NCBI GenBank assembly: GCA_036626195.1
Contig: JAZKSH010000002.1
Coordinates: 1-53,657, forward strand
Source: Thermoplasmatota archaeon
GTDB taxonomy: Archaea; Thermoplasmatota; Thermoplasmata; Halarchaeoplasmatales; Halarchaeoplasmataceae
Length of the DNA stretch: 53,657 bases
Reading direction: 5' to 3'
Shown here piece after piece: positions 43,832 through 53,562 of the stretch. The notes below the pieces were generated by a model, which saw only the letters and a list, made by a program, of their open reading frames with translations, was not told where the DNA came from and made no database searches. A program made the translations under genes and the position numbers. Numbering within the stretch: the stretch's first letter is position 1; each line of letters starts with the position of its first letter.

Positions 43832-45508
43832 ATGATCGAGATAACGGATAGATGGGGCCTTGCGAAGAAAGGTATCTGGGAATTCAAAGAACAACAGATC
43901 GAACTTCCGAATATATTCTTCTTGGAAGGTGGACGTTTCGATCCCCCAAGTAATGCCGAGATCACCATATCTACGAGTAAGGATTCTACTTTTACAATCT
44001 TTGAATCTTTTTTTCAGTCTTCTGATGATTCTTCGTTTCCGACCCCTTTCGCTTATCCAAATGGTGTAGGCGACGGCTTAGTTAAGACGAGAGGCGGACA
44101 TGAAAAGATCCAGGTTATTTATGATCAGGAGCCGGATCCCGGTGCAGAACTCTACGTGCTCGGAAACGCTCCTGAGCTTCTGCATAGAAGCGATCTACTT
44201 TACGAGAAGTTGGTAGGATTGAGAAAAAAGCTTGAATACCATAAGCTAATATACGCACCAGGGATCGCCCAGCCCCAGAACATGGCTTTGCTGTCTTATC
44301 TCGGCGTTGATTTTTTCGACTCATCTTTCTCAGAATTTATCGGTTTAGACGACGTGGAATTGACTGATTGGATGGGATTTGCGGGACGGCCCGAAAGTAA
44401 CAACATCAATCTGTTGAGGGAACTCGAGCTGGTCAGGAAGGGGATAGAGAACGGCAGGATAAGAGAACTGGTTGAAAGCCGGGTTAGAACGGAACCCTGG
44501 TTAGTCGAGGTCTTGAGGGCTGCGGATGAAGATTATGAGGTGTTTTCCAAAGGCGTACCCGTAACAGGGAAAACCCTCGATGCGACGACGAGAGAAAGCT
44601 TGAATAGGCCGGATATAAAAAGTTTCATCAGAAGGATAAAAAATAGGTATGAGCCGCCGGAAAGGGACGTCCTGCTCCTTCTCCCCTGCTCAGCTAGAAA
44701 ACCTTACTTCCTTTCCAGGACGCACAGCCGGATAAGAGATGCGACTCAACAGGGAGATTGGACAGAGCTGCAGGAGGTTGTACTCACCTCCCCATTAGGG
44801 GCGGTACCTAGAGAACTCGAACAGTTCTATCCCGCTCAGCAGTATGATATCCCGGTTACAGACGAGTGGTTCGAAGATGAGAAAGAATTGATTATGGAAC
44901 AGTTGAAGACGATCATGGACAAGCGCGGATACAAAAAGGTGATATCCCACCTTCCGGAGGGCATGTCCTTCGTTGCCGATGAGATAGGCTGTATAAACAC
45001 CACTGAGGGCGCTCATCCAACTTCTGCTGAAGCCATAGAAAGGCTGGCTGAAGCTGTAAAGAGACATGTTGGAGAGGATCTAGGTAGCGTCTCGCGTTAC
45101 TTGAAAGAGAATCTGACCTCCTTCGCGGTGTTTCAATTTGGAGAGCGAGGAAAGGCACTTCTCGAAGGCGCGGAAGTGAAGGGAAGATATCCTCGCTATA
45201 AGATAATAGAGGGCGGTGAACAAAGAGGTATGCTAGTTCCCGAAAGAGGGTTGATCTCCCTGACCCTGGAAGGCGCTCAAAAGTTGAAAGGGCAGCAGAT
45301 CTACCAGGCCCAGATCGATGATTTTAAACCCAAAGGCAGCGTTTTCGCCGTCGGTGTCAAAAAGGCGGACCATGAGATCAGGCCGGAAGACGAAGTATTG
45401 GTATTACACAAAGATGAGTTGAGAGGAGTGGGACCGGCTTCAATGTTGGGTAAAGAGATGGAAGATGCGGAAAGAGGCGAAGCCGTAAGATTGAGGCACT
45501 ATCCGTAA
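43832..45508 (+). CDS. arcS: Archaeosine synthase (ArcS alpha) with a C-terminal PUA domain
   Basis: Signature PC-x3-KPY-x2-S-x2-H is present as PCSARKPYFLSRTH. C-terminal PUA-like IRPEDEVLVLHKDELRGVG. Confidence 0.8.
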   Translation: MIEITDRWGLAKKGIWEFKEQQIELPNIFFLEGGRFDPPSNAEITISTSKDSTFTIFESFFQSSDDSSFPTPFAYPNGVGDGLVKTRGGHEKIQVIYDQEPDPGAELYVLGNAPELLHRSDLLYEKLVGLRKKLEYHKLIYAPGIAQPQNMALLSYLGVDFFDSSFSEFIGLDDVELTDWMGFAGRPESNNINLLRELELVRKGIENGRIRELVESRVRTEPWLVEVLRAADEDYEVFSKGVPVTGKTLDATTRESLNRPDIKSFIRRIKNRYEPPERDVLLLLPCSARKPYFLSRTHSRIRDATQQGDWTELQEVVLTSPLGAVPRELEQFYPAQQYDIPVTDEWFEDEKELIMEQLKTIMDKRGYKKVISHLPEGMSFVADEIGCINTTEGAHPTSAEAIERLAEAVKRHVGEDLGSVSRYLKENLTSFAVFQFGERGKALLEGAEVKGRYPRYKIIEGGEQRGMLVPERGLISLTLEGAQKLKGQQIYQAQIDDFKPKGSVFAVGVKKADHEIRPEDEVLVLHKDELRGVGPASMLGKEMEDAERGEAVRLRHYP

Positions 45509-45519
45509 ACGGCTTTTCA

Positions 45520-47049
45520 TCAGACCCTCTGCACGTCAGGGTGTTCTTCTAATATCATACCTTCTACCTTCAGAGGTTTCAAGTGATTGGCCAATTTTAC
45601 AGTCTTCTGTAGATCGCTCTCACTTTCCGAGTAAATTGTGTAGAGGATTTCGTCCTTTTCGACCTTATCTCCCTTTTTCTTATTCAAGAAGAGACCAGCC
45701 CCCTTGCAGTAGGGCCCTCCGGCCGATCTGACGATCTTTATTATTTGATCGTTATTTATACTATCTACATAACCCTCTTCCGCAGCGTAGATGTCTTTAG
45801 AATGCTCTCCGATCTCAACGTCGTCGGATGTAACCTCGGGATCTCCGCCTTGTCTATCTATTATCTGTTTCATCTTATCGAGGGCTTCACCGTTATTCAA
45901 TAAACGTTTTGCTTCCTCCTTGCCGTCTCTTATCCCGCCCTGTTCGAGCACCATGCCCGCGAGAGTCGTAGATTTCTCTATCAAACTTGAAGGAACTTCT
46001 TTTCCTTCGAGCGCTCTCAGAGCTTCTTTAGCCTCAATAGCAGGCCCCACCGCTCTACCCACAGGCTGTCCACCGTAACTCAAAGCGCACTTGGTTTCGA
46101 TCCCTATCTCTTCGCCGAGTGATACAAAATCTCTAGCGTACTTCCTCCCTTTTTCTCTACTTTCGACCTTGGTATGATCTCCCACCGGGATATCCATCAC
46201 CAAATATTCGGCTCCCGCGGCTTTCTTTTTGGATAGGACGGAAGCTAATACCTGCGGATAAGGGTCTATCCTAAGTGGATATTCAGCTCTTATGATCATG
46301 TCGTCACTGGGTGCTAGCTTCACAGCTCCCCCCCAGGCTATAGTGCCTCCTACGTCCTCTGCGATCTCCTTTATCTCGTTTACCCTCAGGCTCACGTCTG
46401 TTAAGGTCTCGAATATATCGGCAGTTCCTCCAGCGCTCGAAATAGCTCTAGAACTGGTTTTCGGTATCATCAGCCCTGCAGCGGCGACGATAGGAACTAT
46501 GAGCAGCGTTATCTTGTTTCCTGGAACCCCGCCTATGCTGTGATGATCGAAGACAGGATGTTTATCAAATTCGATCCTCTCGCCGGTATCGATCATGGCA
46601 TGGATAAGATCCTTTATCTCACGATTGTTCATACCTTTAGCATAAACTCCGGATACGTAGGCGGAAAGCTCTATATCCGAGAGACGCCCCTCCACTATAT
46701 CCTGAATTATCTCGTTTATTCCATGGGTGGACAATTCTTCACCTTCCAATTTCTCCCTGATATGCTCGACAGCCTCAGGTCTTCCTGCCTGGTTTACGTT
46801 CAAAGAGTCGCCTTCCACCGCTTTTATCTCATCGATCACTTTTTTAACCAGTCCTATCTCTCCTTCATCGATCAAACTCTCTGAGATCTTCACTACTGCG
46901 GTGGCGGTTTCTCCATCTTTACTCACACTCACTCTACTCTGACTCCGTAGGTCCATCCTTTCCGCATCCTTCCTATGGAGGATGACGACGTGGTCACCGG
47001 ATTCCAGATCTATCCTTTTGGTTTTCAGTTCCATGGGTTTCACATCCAT
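45520..47049 (-). CDS. deoA: AMP phosphorylase (archaeal DeoA-type nucleoside-monophosphate phosphorylase)
   Basis: Thymidine-phosphorylase fold with the about 85-aa N-terminal extension typical of AMPpase. HHSIGGVPGNK and TSSRAISSAGGTAD motifs. Confidence 0.85.
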   Translation of the reverse strand: MDVKPMELKTKRIDLESGDHVVILHRKDAERMDLRSQSRVSVSKDGETATAVVKISESLIDEGEIGLVKKVIDEIKAVEGDSLNVNQAGRPEAVEHIREKLEGEELSTHGINEIIQDIVEGRLSDIELSAYVSGVYAKGMNNREIKDLIHAMIDTGERIEFDKHPVFDHHSIGGVPGNKITLLIVPIVAAAGLMIPKTSSRAISSAGGTADIFETLTDVSLRVNEIKEIAEDVGGTIAWGGAVKLAPSDDMIIRAEYPLRIDPYPQVLASVLSKKKAAGAEYLVMDIPVGDHTKVESREKGRKYARDFVSLGEEIGIETKCALSYGGQPVGRAVGPAIEAKEALRALEGKEVPSSLIEKSTTLAGMVLEQGGIRDGKEEAKRLLNNGEALDKMKQIIDRQGGDPEVTSDDVEIGEHSKDIYAAEEGYVDSINNDQIIKIVRSAGGPYCKGAGLFLNKKKGDKVEKDEILYTIYSESESDLQKTVKLANHLKPLKVEGMILEEHPDVQRV

Positions 47050-48269
47050 TTATCAAGGGCTTTTTTCAACTCAGGATGATCTTTCACATATTCTCTCAAC
47101 TTGATGTTTTCATAAGCGGCATCCACTGCCTGTGAGAGCGCTTTTCCTCCCGCTCTAACTCCCTCGGGATGACCGGAGACGCCTCCCCCTGCCTGGATCT
47201 GCACGTCATTTCCACTGGTTTCCATCAGTTCTGGGACCAATCCAGGATGCAGACCACCGCTTGCCACGGGCATCATCCTTTTTAAACCGTGCATATCACC
47301 TAAAAGCGCTTCCTTGGACATCAACTCTTCAGATATATCTGCGTGCATCTTTCCCGTCCCGTAGGTGCCGGTATGCAGGGCGTCTCCGCCTGCCATCCTT
47401 ACGAGTTTAGCTATGACGGGCATCGATATGCCGTGATCGGGATTCTTCGTCATAGCGGCATGCATCGCTCTATGAACGTGGATAGGCACTTTGATGGATG
47501 GATCTTCAGCTAGAGCTTGAAGACCGGAAAAACCAACGGTTAGAACGTCCACCATCAACTGCCTAGCGCCGTTCTCTAAAGCCAAGTCCGCGGTTTCGAG
47601 AATTTCATGAGCACTCGTACTTATGTTGTGGGCGTGGATCATCTTGTGACCTTCTTCTTCCAAAAGGTCCAATTTTTCACTCACCGCGGACACCCTCTCT
47701 TCCAGCGGACAAAAATCCTGATCGACCAGGGTTTCGTCGTCTTTGGAGTTGGTCAGGCCGCCTTTTCCCGCTTCATATACATATTCAGCAAATTCCTTTG
47801 GAGGGAGACCGATCTTGGGCTTCACTATGGTCCCGACCAGCGGCTTTTCTGGTCTGTCTAATATTTGACGGAGACCTTCGAGACCCCGTCTTGGACCCGG
47901 ATACTTCTCCACTATTTTAGACGGTATTTCCACATCCACTAAACGAACCCCGTCTAAAGAATCTAATCCGAAGAGATTTCCAGCGATTATGCTCAGGATC
48001 TGTGGGATGCCTCCAATGTCACCAGAAAAATCTATAACCGGATAACCTATCCTGGTTCGATTTTCTTCGGCCTTCGTAACTTTCGCGCCGTACTTCTCGA
48101 ATATGTCCTCCGATAAAGTGGTGGGGCGGGTCCAAGTACCGGTCGATTCCTCCTCCGCGATCCTTTTTCCCGCAGTTTCTATGTCTAGATCGCTTTTGAC
48201 AGTGTATTCGCATATCAGATATTTCTCAGGATCTAACACCTCATCCAATGCTAGATAATCTATACTCAT
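47040..48269 (-). CDS. rbcL: Type III ribulose-1,5-bisphosphate carboxylase/oxygenase large subunit
   Basis: Catalytic motifs retained: GTIVKPKIGL, NSKDDE, HVHRAMHAA, LHTGTYGTGKMH, PVASGGLHP, QAGGGVSGHP. Confidence 0.9.
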   Translation of the reverse strand: MSIDYLALDEVLDPEKYLICEYTVKSDLDIETAGKRIAEEESTGTWTRPTTLSEDIFEKYGAKVTKAEENRTRIGYPVIDFSGDIGGIPQILSIIAGNLFGLDSLDGVRLVDVEIPSKIVEKYPGPRRGLEGLRQILDRPEKPLVGTIVKPKIGLPPKEFAEYVYEAGKGGLTNSKDDETLVDQDFCPLEERVSAVSEKLDLLEEEGHKMIHAHNISTSAHEILETADLALENGARQLMVDVLTVGFSGLQALAEDPSIKVPIHVHRAMHAAMTKNPDHGISMPVIAKLVRMAGGDALHTGTYGTGKMHADISEELMSKEALLGDMHGLKRMMPVASGGLHPGLVPELMETSGNDVQIQAGGGVSGHPEGVRAGGKALSQAVDAAYENIKLREYVKDHPELKKALDKWM

Positions 48270-49192
48270 CTTATCATCTCTTCTATTATCCTGTATGCGC
48301 CTTCGGGCGAGATCACACCCTTTTCAGTTATTATCGAATCGATATATTCTGAGGGTGTGGCGTCGAACACGGGATTGCTTATATTCACGCCGGGAAAATC
48401 TTCTGGATCTACGATCTCCGAGGCATCCCGTTCTTCGATCGGTACAAGTTCGCCGAAGGTAGTTTTCCTAGAAAACTTGTATGTCTCAGCGCAAACGGTC
48501 AGGGGAACCCTTGCCTCGTCTGCACACAGCGCCACTTGAGATGTGCCGATCTTGTTTATGACCGCGCCGTTAGAGGCGATGGTATCGGCCCCCACGTAGA
48601 CCTTGTCCGCTTCGTTCATCTTCGACCTCACTGCTGAATCCACGATCAGCGTTACGGGTATACTTTCTTTCGAAAGCTCTTCAGCCGTTATGTAACCCTG
48701 TTTTTTCGGTCGAGATTCCGTAGCTATCACTTTTATATTTTTATCTTCCTCTTCCCAGGCATACTTTATCGCCGCTAACGCCATGGAACTGTTGCAGTGC
48801 GTGAGCACTACGTCCTCGTCATTGATCCTTTTGCCGCCGAACTCAGCTATCTTATCTTTCGCTTTGAGAGAGTTATCGATGAAATCTGAATAGTTTTCGC
48901 GTACCTTCTCTTTCAATTCCCCGATGTTTTCTACTTCTCGTATACCTCTCATCACATACCTCAGGCCGTTCTCCAAAGATACTGCGGTCGGCCTTGTAGA
49001 AAGTAACCTTATCTTACACGCTTCAAGCTCGTCTAAGAGATCTTTTTTGTCCTCTCCTTCGAAATCTTCCATGACCTTTTTCAGCGCGTGAGCTCCTGCT
49101 CTTGAGATGTCTGCTGCTCCTCTGATCTCCATAGATTCGATCTTCTCGGCGATCTCTTCTATATCTAGTCCCTCTAACTCTTCTAAACGCAT
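48266..49192 (-). CDS. Ribose-1,5-bisphosphate isomerase (eIF-2B alpha/beta/delta-like)
   Basis: MEIRGAADI, RPTAVSL, LTHCNS and VGADTIASNGAVINKIGT motifs. ATG 49192 was verified. The ORF-track extension to 49432 overlaps the HAD gene and is rejected. Confidence 0.85.
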   Translation of the reverse strand: MRLEELEGLDIEEIAEKIESMEIRGAADISRAGAHALKKVMEDFEGEDKKDLLDELEACKIRLLSTRPTAVSLENGLRYVMRGIREVENIGELKEKVRENYSDFIDNSLKAKDKIAEFGGKRINDEDVVLTHCNSSMALAAIKYAWEEEDKNIKVIATESRPKKQGYITAEELSKESIPVTLIVDSAVRSKMNEADKVYVGADTIASNGAVINKIGTSQVALCADEARVPLTVCAETYKFSRKTTFGELVPIEERDASEIVDPEDFPGVNISNPVFDATPSEYIDSIITEKGVISPEGAYRIIEEMIR

Positions 49193-49272
49193 GAAATCAA
49201 ATATGCTCTTCTCAGTAAAAAATTTTTGTGTGAACCAACTGGAAACAAAAACATGCCTCGAACTTGGAATAT

Positions 49273-49914
49273 TCATAAATCCAGTTTTTCCAGTAGAAGT
49301 GACAGGTCTTTTTCTTCTACGATCATGTCCGCCGCTTCTCGTATCTTCTGGTCGCCGGGATTGAAAGCTATCCCTAGTCCGGCCTTTTCTATCATCGGAA
49401 CGTCGATATAGCTGTTCCCCACAGCGGCGCATCGTTCTCTTTTAATACCCGTTTCAGCTATCAATCTTTCAAAGGCTTCACCTTTCTTCTTCAACCCAAC
49501 CTCCACTATCCCCTCTCCGGTGAGTTCCCCGCTCCTCTCTTCGATATCGTTGGCGAGTATCTTATCGAAGTGTCCTTCTCCTATCATCTCCGCTAACGGT
49601 TTCAGACCACCGCTTATGACAGCTGTTATGTAATTTTCTCCAAGATAAGGGATACATTCATCAAAACCATCCATGAGCGGAGCATCGCTCAACATATCTA
49701 CTATGTCTTTTTTTGAAATGTTTGGTTCTATCGACTTCCAAAGCTCGATGTCCCGTCTTATGAACTCAAGATCGTCTATCTCGTTGTTCATGTAGGCTTT
49801 CAAAGAGGCTTCATTGTCCACGCCGAATCTCTCGTGGACCCACTTCCACGAACTGTGTGCATCGACAAGGACACCGTCCATATCGAAAACGATCATATCT
49901 AGTTCTTGAGTCAT
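49273..49914 (-). CDS. HAD-superfamily phosphatase, phosphoserine-phosphatase-like
   Basis: Motif I is FDMDGVLVD. The SerB-like C-terminus reads VGNSYIDVPMIEKAGLGIAFNP; motif IV is GNSYID rather than GDGxND. Confidence 0.7.
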   Translation of the reverse strand: MTQELDMIVFDMDGVLVDAHSSWKWVHERFGVDNEASLKAYMNNEIDDLEFIRRDIELWKSIEPNISKKDIVDMLSDAPLMDGFDECIPYLGENYITAVISGGLKPLAEMIGEGHFDKILANDIEERSGELTGEGIVEVGLKKKGEAFERLIAETGIKRERCAAVGNSYIDVPMIEKAGLGIAFNPGDQKIREAADMIVEEKDLSLLLEKLDL

Positions 49915-52157
49915 AGCTCGGCCCTTATTTCTTCCATATTATCCTTGAAGTCTTTAAAATATTTTACACTTTCCTTAAGATCTTCTTCCTTTCGAGCATT
50001 GTTGGTTTTCTTTAAAAGTTTCACAGGCTTTGATATCTCGGCTCCCTGGATTTTCGCTTTTTTCAACTTATCTTGGGCATCTTTTATCTCCTCTTTCAGA
50101 ACATCCTTCAGCTTTTCGAAGGCTTTGTTCTGTATCTGTTCTATCGTATTCTGGGAACCTTTTACATCCCCTTTTTCACACTTCTCTTTCGCTTCTTCCA
50201 AGAGATCACGGGCTTCTGGAAATTTTAGATCAAGCTTTTCCCCCATGGTGATGGTCTCTTCGATTTCAGATAGTTCTTCTTTCACAGGTTCTAAAGCTTC
50301 TTCGTCGACCTCGCTTTTTCCCTTCTCTTTCTCGAGCAGTTCTTTTATCTTTTCATACTCCTCGTTTTCTCTAAACTCATCGATCTTTTCGACAGTCGAT
50401 TGTACGTCATCCTCATCACTCTCTTTGATCTCATCTATCTCCTCTTCAATTTTTTTATCAAGTTTTCTTTGAAAAAACTCTTCACACTCGTTTAAAGATT
50501 GGATTGCCTCTTCGTAGTCGTTCTGTTTTGTTTTTTTCACCGCTTCATTGATAAGTTCTTTTCCTCCCTCGGTATCGATACTAAACTCCTGTGCCCTCAC
50601 TAAAAGTTCCTTCATATTGGGTATTTTTTGTTGAACTTTTTTGAGATCTTTTTCCCCCTCCTTTTCGATCGTCTCTTTTTTCTTCTTCTTAACAATCTCG
50701 ACAGTCTCTTCTTTCGTTTCCTTGGCGATATCTTCTTTTTCCAGCCTCTTTTTCAGCTCATCGACAGTCTTTTCACCCTCCTCTAAGGCGCCGGAAATAT
50801 CTCCTTTCTGAGCCCTTTCTTTGACATGATCCAGATTATCAGAGTATTCTTCATGTTCGATATCATTTTCCTTGAGTTTTTCGATGTAATCTTCCGCTTC
50901 CTCGACCTTCTTAGAGATCTCATACAATTCCTTAGACTCCCTTTTCGCATTCATGATGTGATGAAAACACTCGATTATGTCCCTTTCTTCCGACGCCGCC
51001 TCTAACTCTTCTTCCATCCCTTCCGTATCGATATCTAGATTAACCTCGTCTATCTTCGAGAGTTTGTTCCTTACAGAGTTCTCCTTTTCTTCTATATATT
51101 TCTTCAACTCGTCCCCCTTTTTTATCCCCATGTCTTCAGCTACTTCTTCTATATCTTCTTCGACTTCACACGCCTTTTTTGAGGCCACCTTGTATTCTCC
51201 TATCTCGCATCCTCTTAATACATCTTTCACCCATCCTTTAAGGTCCGAAGTATCGCTCTTTTGAGAGATCCACTTGATATAATTTCTACACCTTTTGATT
51301 TTTTGTCGTATGTTCTCTGCACACTCTATCCTCTCCTCTATTTTGCCCAAGAGTGTTTTTCCCCTCTCCTCCTCGTCTTCCTCAAATGCATTTCTCACCC
51401 CATCCAGATCACTTTTTATCTCATCCACTGTTATGTCAAAATCCTCTAAACTTTCGATTTTTTCTTCGAACGATTCGACTCTTTCCTGAAAATCCCTAAC
51501 TCTTTCTTCTTCTTTCATCTGCTCATCGAGGATGCTGTCTAGCTCTTCAAAATCACTGTATATATCATCTTTTTCCTCCGAACTCTTCTCATCACCAGTG
51601 TCTTCTTCCCATTCTATCCCCTCATATTCGACATCTTCCATCTCTGTATATTCCTCTTCTTCTTCTCCTTCTTCTTCCTCCTCTTCGAATACGACACCAC
51701 AATTGGGACATTCCGAGGCATTTTCCGAGACTTCGCTCTCGCAGATAGGACACTCGAAAGTAATGATTCTCTCCGTGTCCTCTTCCATTTCCTCTTCTCT
51801 CTCGGCCTGTTCTTCAATTCCTTCCCCCAACTCGTCTTCTGACAACCCTAGATCTTTGATATCCTCTATAAGCTCATCTTGTAATTCTTCGCCTCTCTCT
51901 TCACCCTCCTCTATCTCCTCTTCATCAAGTTCATCATCCAGCATGTCCAAGTCCTCTATATCATCGATGGAATCGACTTCCTCTTCCTCCATCACCATTC
52001 CCATCACTTTTTCCATCGCATCTTCCGAGATGTCATCATCTAGGTCCATATCTTCGCCAAAGAGACTAAGATCGGCTCCACAATTAGGACATTCGTCTCG
52101 GTCTTGCGGTATTTTAGAATCACAAACGGGACATTTGCTCTCAGAATTCTCCGCCAA
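49911..52157 (-). CDS. Hyper-acidic 748-aa protein: two N-terminal zinc ribbons plus a long array of helical repeats
   Basis: CPVCDSKIPQDRDECPNCG (res 9-27) and CPICESEVSENASECPNCG (res 136-154) are separated by poly-D/E. Recurrent helical units follow. The stop overlaps the HAD start (ATGA). Confidence 0.6.
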   Translation of the reverse strand: MAENSESKCPVCDSKIPQDRDECPNCGADLSLFGEDMDLDDDISEDAMEKVMGMVMEEEEVDSIDDIEDLDMLDDELDEEEIEEGEERGEELQDELIEDIKDLGLSEDELGEGIEEQAEREEEMEEDTERIITFECPICESEVSENASECPNCGVVFEEEEEEGEEEEEYTEMEDVEYEGIEWEEDTGDEKSSEEKDDIYSDFEELDSILDEQMKEEERVRDFQERVESFEEKIESLEDFDITVDEIKSDLDGVRNAFEEDEEERGKTLLGKIEERIECAENIRQKIKRCRNYIKWISQKSDTSDLKGWVKDVLRGCEIGEYKVASKKACEVEEDIEEVAEDMGIKKGDELKKYIEEKENSVRNKLSKIDEVNLDIDTEGMEEELEAASEERDIIECFHHIMNAKRESKELYEISKKVEEAEDYIEKLKENDIEHEEYSDNLDHVKERAQKGDISGALEEGEKTVDELKKRLEKEDIAKETKEETVEIVKKKKKETIEKEGEKDLKKVQQKIPNMKELLVRAQEFSIDTEGGKELINEAVKKTKQNDYEEAIQSLNECEEFFQRKLDKKIEEEIDEIKESDEDDVQSTVEKIDEFRENEEYEKIKELLEKEKGKSEVDEEALEPVKEELSEIEETITMGEKLDLKFPEARDLLEEAKEKCEKGDVKGSQNTIEQIQNKAFEKLKDVLKEEIKDAQDKLKKAKIQGAEISKPVKLLKKTNNARKEEDLKESVKYFKDFKDNMEEIRAEL

Positions 52158-52284
52158 AGGGGGGCACCTCGTATAGCACTCATTGAAATAAGAAAGGAAG
52201 GATATAAAGATTTTATGTGAATTTACTGGGAAGTGACTTCAATCACCAAAACGTTTTAAAGTAACTAGAGACCATGACCTTTCG

Positions 52285-53562
52285 ATGACCCTTATAGAGA
52301 GATGTGAAAAGGAAGTACCAAAAAAGGTCCATAAGGCGGCGGAAAACGAACCGATCGACGCCGACAGATTGGCAAGCTTGATAAAAAAGGGGAGAGCGGT
52401 CATCCCGAACAACCCTATCCATGATCCCGATCCGAAACCGATAGGCGAAGATCTGAGAGTCAAGGTAAACGTGAATATCGGCACCTCGAAAGACCGCCAT
52501 GACGTAGAGGAGGAAATGGAAAAATTGAAAGTAGCTGAAGATAAAGGGAGCGATGCGGTCATGGACCTGAGTACTGGAGGGGATATAGATAAAATCAGGA
52601 GAGAAGTGATAGAAAGTACCGCTCTACCGGTCGGGACCGTCCCGATATATCAGTGTGGCCTTACCAAGGCTAGAGAATATTCCGTAGTCGAGATGACTTC
52701 CGACGAGATCTTCAAAAGCATAAGGAAACATGCCGAGGACGGGGTGGATTTCGTAACTGTGCACTGCGGAGTCACTGAAGACGTGATCAACAGGTTGAAG
52801 GAGAGCGGAAGATTGACAGATATAGTCAGCAGGGGCGGCTCTTTTTTAGCGGCATGGATACTGCACAATCAGGAGGAGAATCCTCTTTACGAAGAGTTCG
52901 ATTATCTTTTAGAGATCGCTAAAGAGTACGATCTGACTTTGAGTCTAGGTGACGGCTTGAGACCCGGTTCAATCGCCGATGCCACCGATAGACCGCAGAT
53001 CCAAGAACTGATAACTCTCGGTGAACTGGTAAAAAGATCGCGGGAGGAAGGAGTACAGGTTATGGTCGAAGGTCCGGGTCATATCCCACTTGATCAGGTG
53101 AAAACTAACGTGAAGATAGAAAAAGACCTCTGTGACGGAGCTCCCTTTTACGTTTTAGGGCCGCTGGTGACCGATTTTGCCCCTGGATACGACCATATCT
53201 CAGGCGCTATAGGAGCTGCTCTAGCCGCATACCACGGGGCAGACTTTTTGTGTTACGTGACCCCGGCGGAACATCTAGGCCTTCCGGATACTGAAGATGT
53301 TAAGGAAGGTGTCATCGCTTCCAGGATAGCGGCCCATGCCGCCGACGTGGCGAGAGGGATAGACAAAGATATAGACTGGAACATCTCTAAGGCGAGAAAG
53401 GACCTAGACTGGGAAAATATGTTCGAAAAAGTGGTAGATCCCGAAAAAGCTAAAAGGCTTAGGAAAGAAAAGAATGTCAAAGATACGGAACACGAAGAGG
53501 ACGCATGCTCCATGTGCGGAGACGTATGCGCTATAAAGATGATAGAGGAATACTTTCGTTAA
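52285..53562 (+). CDS. thiC: Phosphomethylpyrimidine synthase
   Basis: ThiC family throughout (VMVEGPGH, GPLVTD, ITPAEH-type motif as VTPAEHLGLP) and the C-terminal Fe-S motif CSMCGDVC. Confidence 0.9.
   Translation: MTLIERCEKEVPKKVHKAAENEPIDADRLASLIKKGRAVIPNNPIHDPDPKPIGEDLRVKVNVNIGTSKDRHDVEEEMEKLKVAEDKGSDAVMDLSTGGDIDKIRREVIESTALPVGTVPIYQCGLTKAREYSVVEMTSDEIFKSIRKHAEDGVDFVTVHCGVTEDVINRLKESGRLTDIVSRGGSFLAAWILHNQEENPLYEEFDYLLEIAKEYDLTLSLGDGLRPGSIADATDRPQIQELITLGELVKRSREEGVQVMVEGPGHIPLDQVKTNVKIEKDLCDGAPFYVLGPLVTDFAPGYDHISGAIGAALAAYHGADFLCYVTPAEHLGLPDTEDVKEGVIASRIAAHAADVARGIDKDIDWNISKARKDLDWENMFEKVVDPEKAKRLRKEKNVKDTEHEEDACSMCGDVCAIKMIEEYFR

Noticed and set aside
47040-48269. Possibility that the RuBisCO homologue is a non-carboxylating type IV RuBisCO-like protein
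   Set aside because: All the catalytic motifs I can check are intact, and it is operonic with AMP phosphorylase and R15P isomerase.
49193-49432. 80-codon Arg-rich N-terminal extension of the ribose-1,5-bisphosphate isomerase ORF
   Set aside because: It overlaps the HAD gene by 160 nt and has an atypical composition (MRRCGEQLYRRSDDRKGRTRD...). The family-typical N-terminus begins at ATG 49192.
49906-52176. Long plus-strand Ser/Phe/Leu-rich ORFs (49906-50472, 50977-51264, 51532-52176) antisense to the 748-aa acidic gene
   Set aside because: They are shadow frames. GAA/GAG/GAT-rich coding DNA gives stop-free TTC/CTC/ATC codons on the opposite strand. The products are low-complexity, with no start context.
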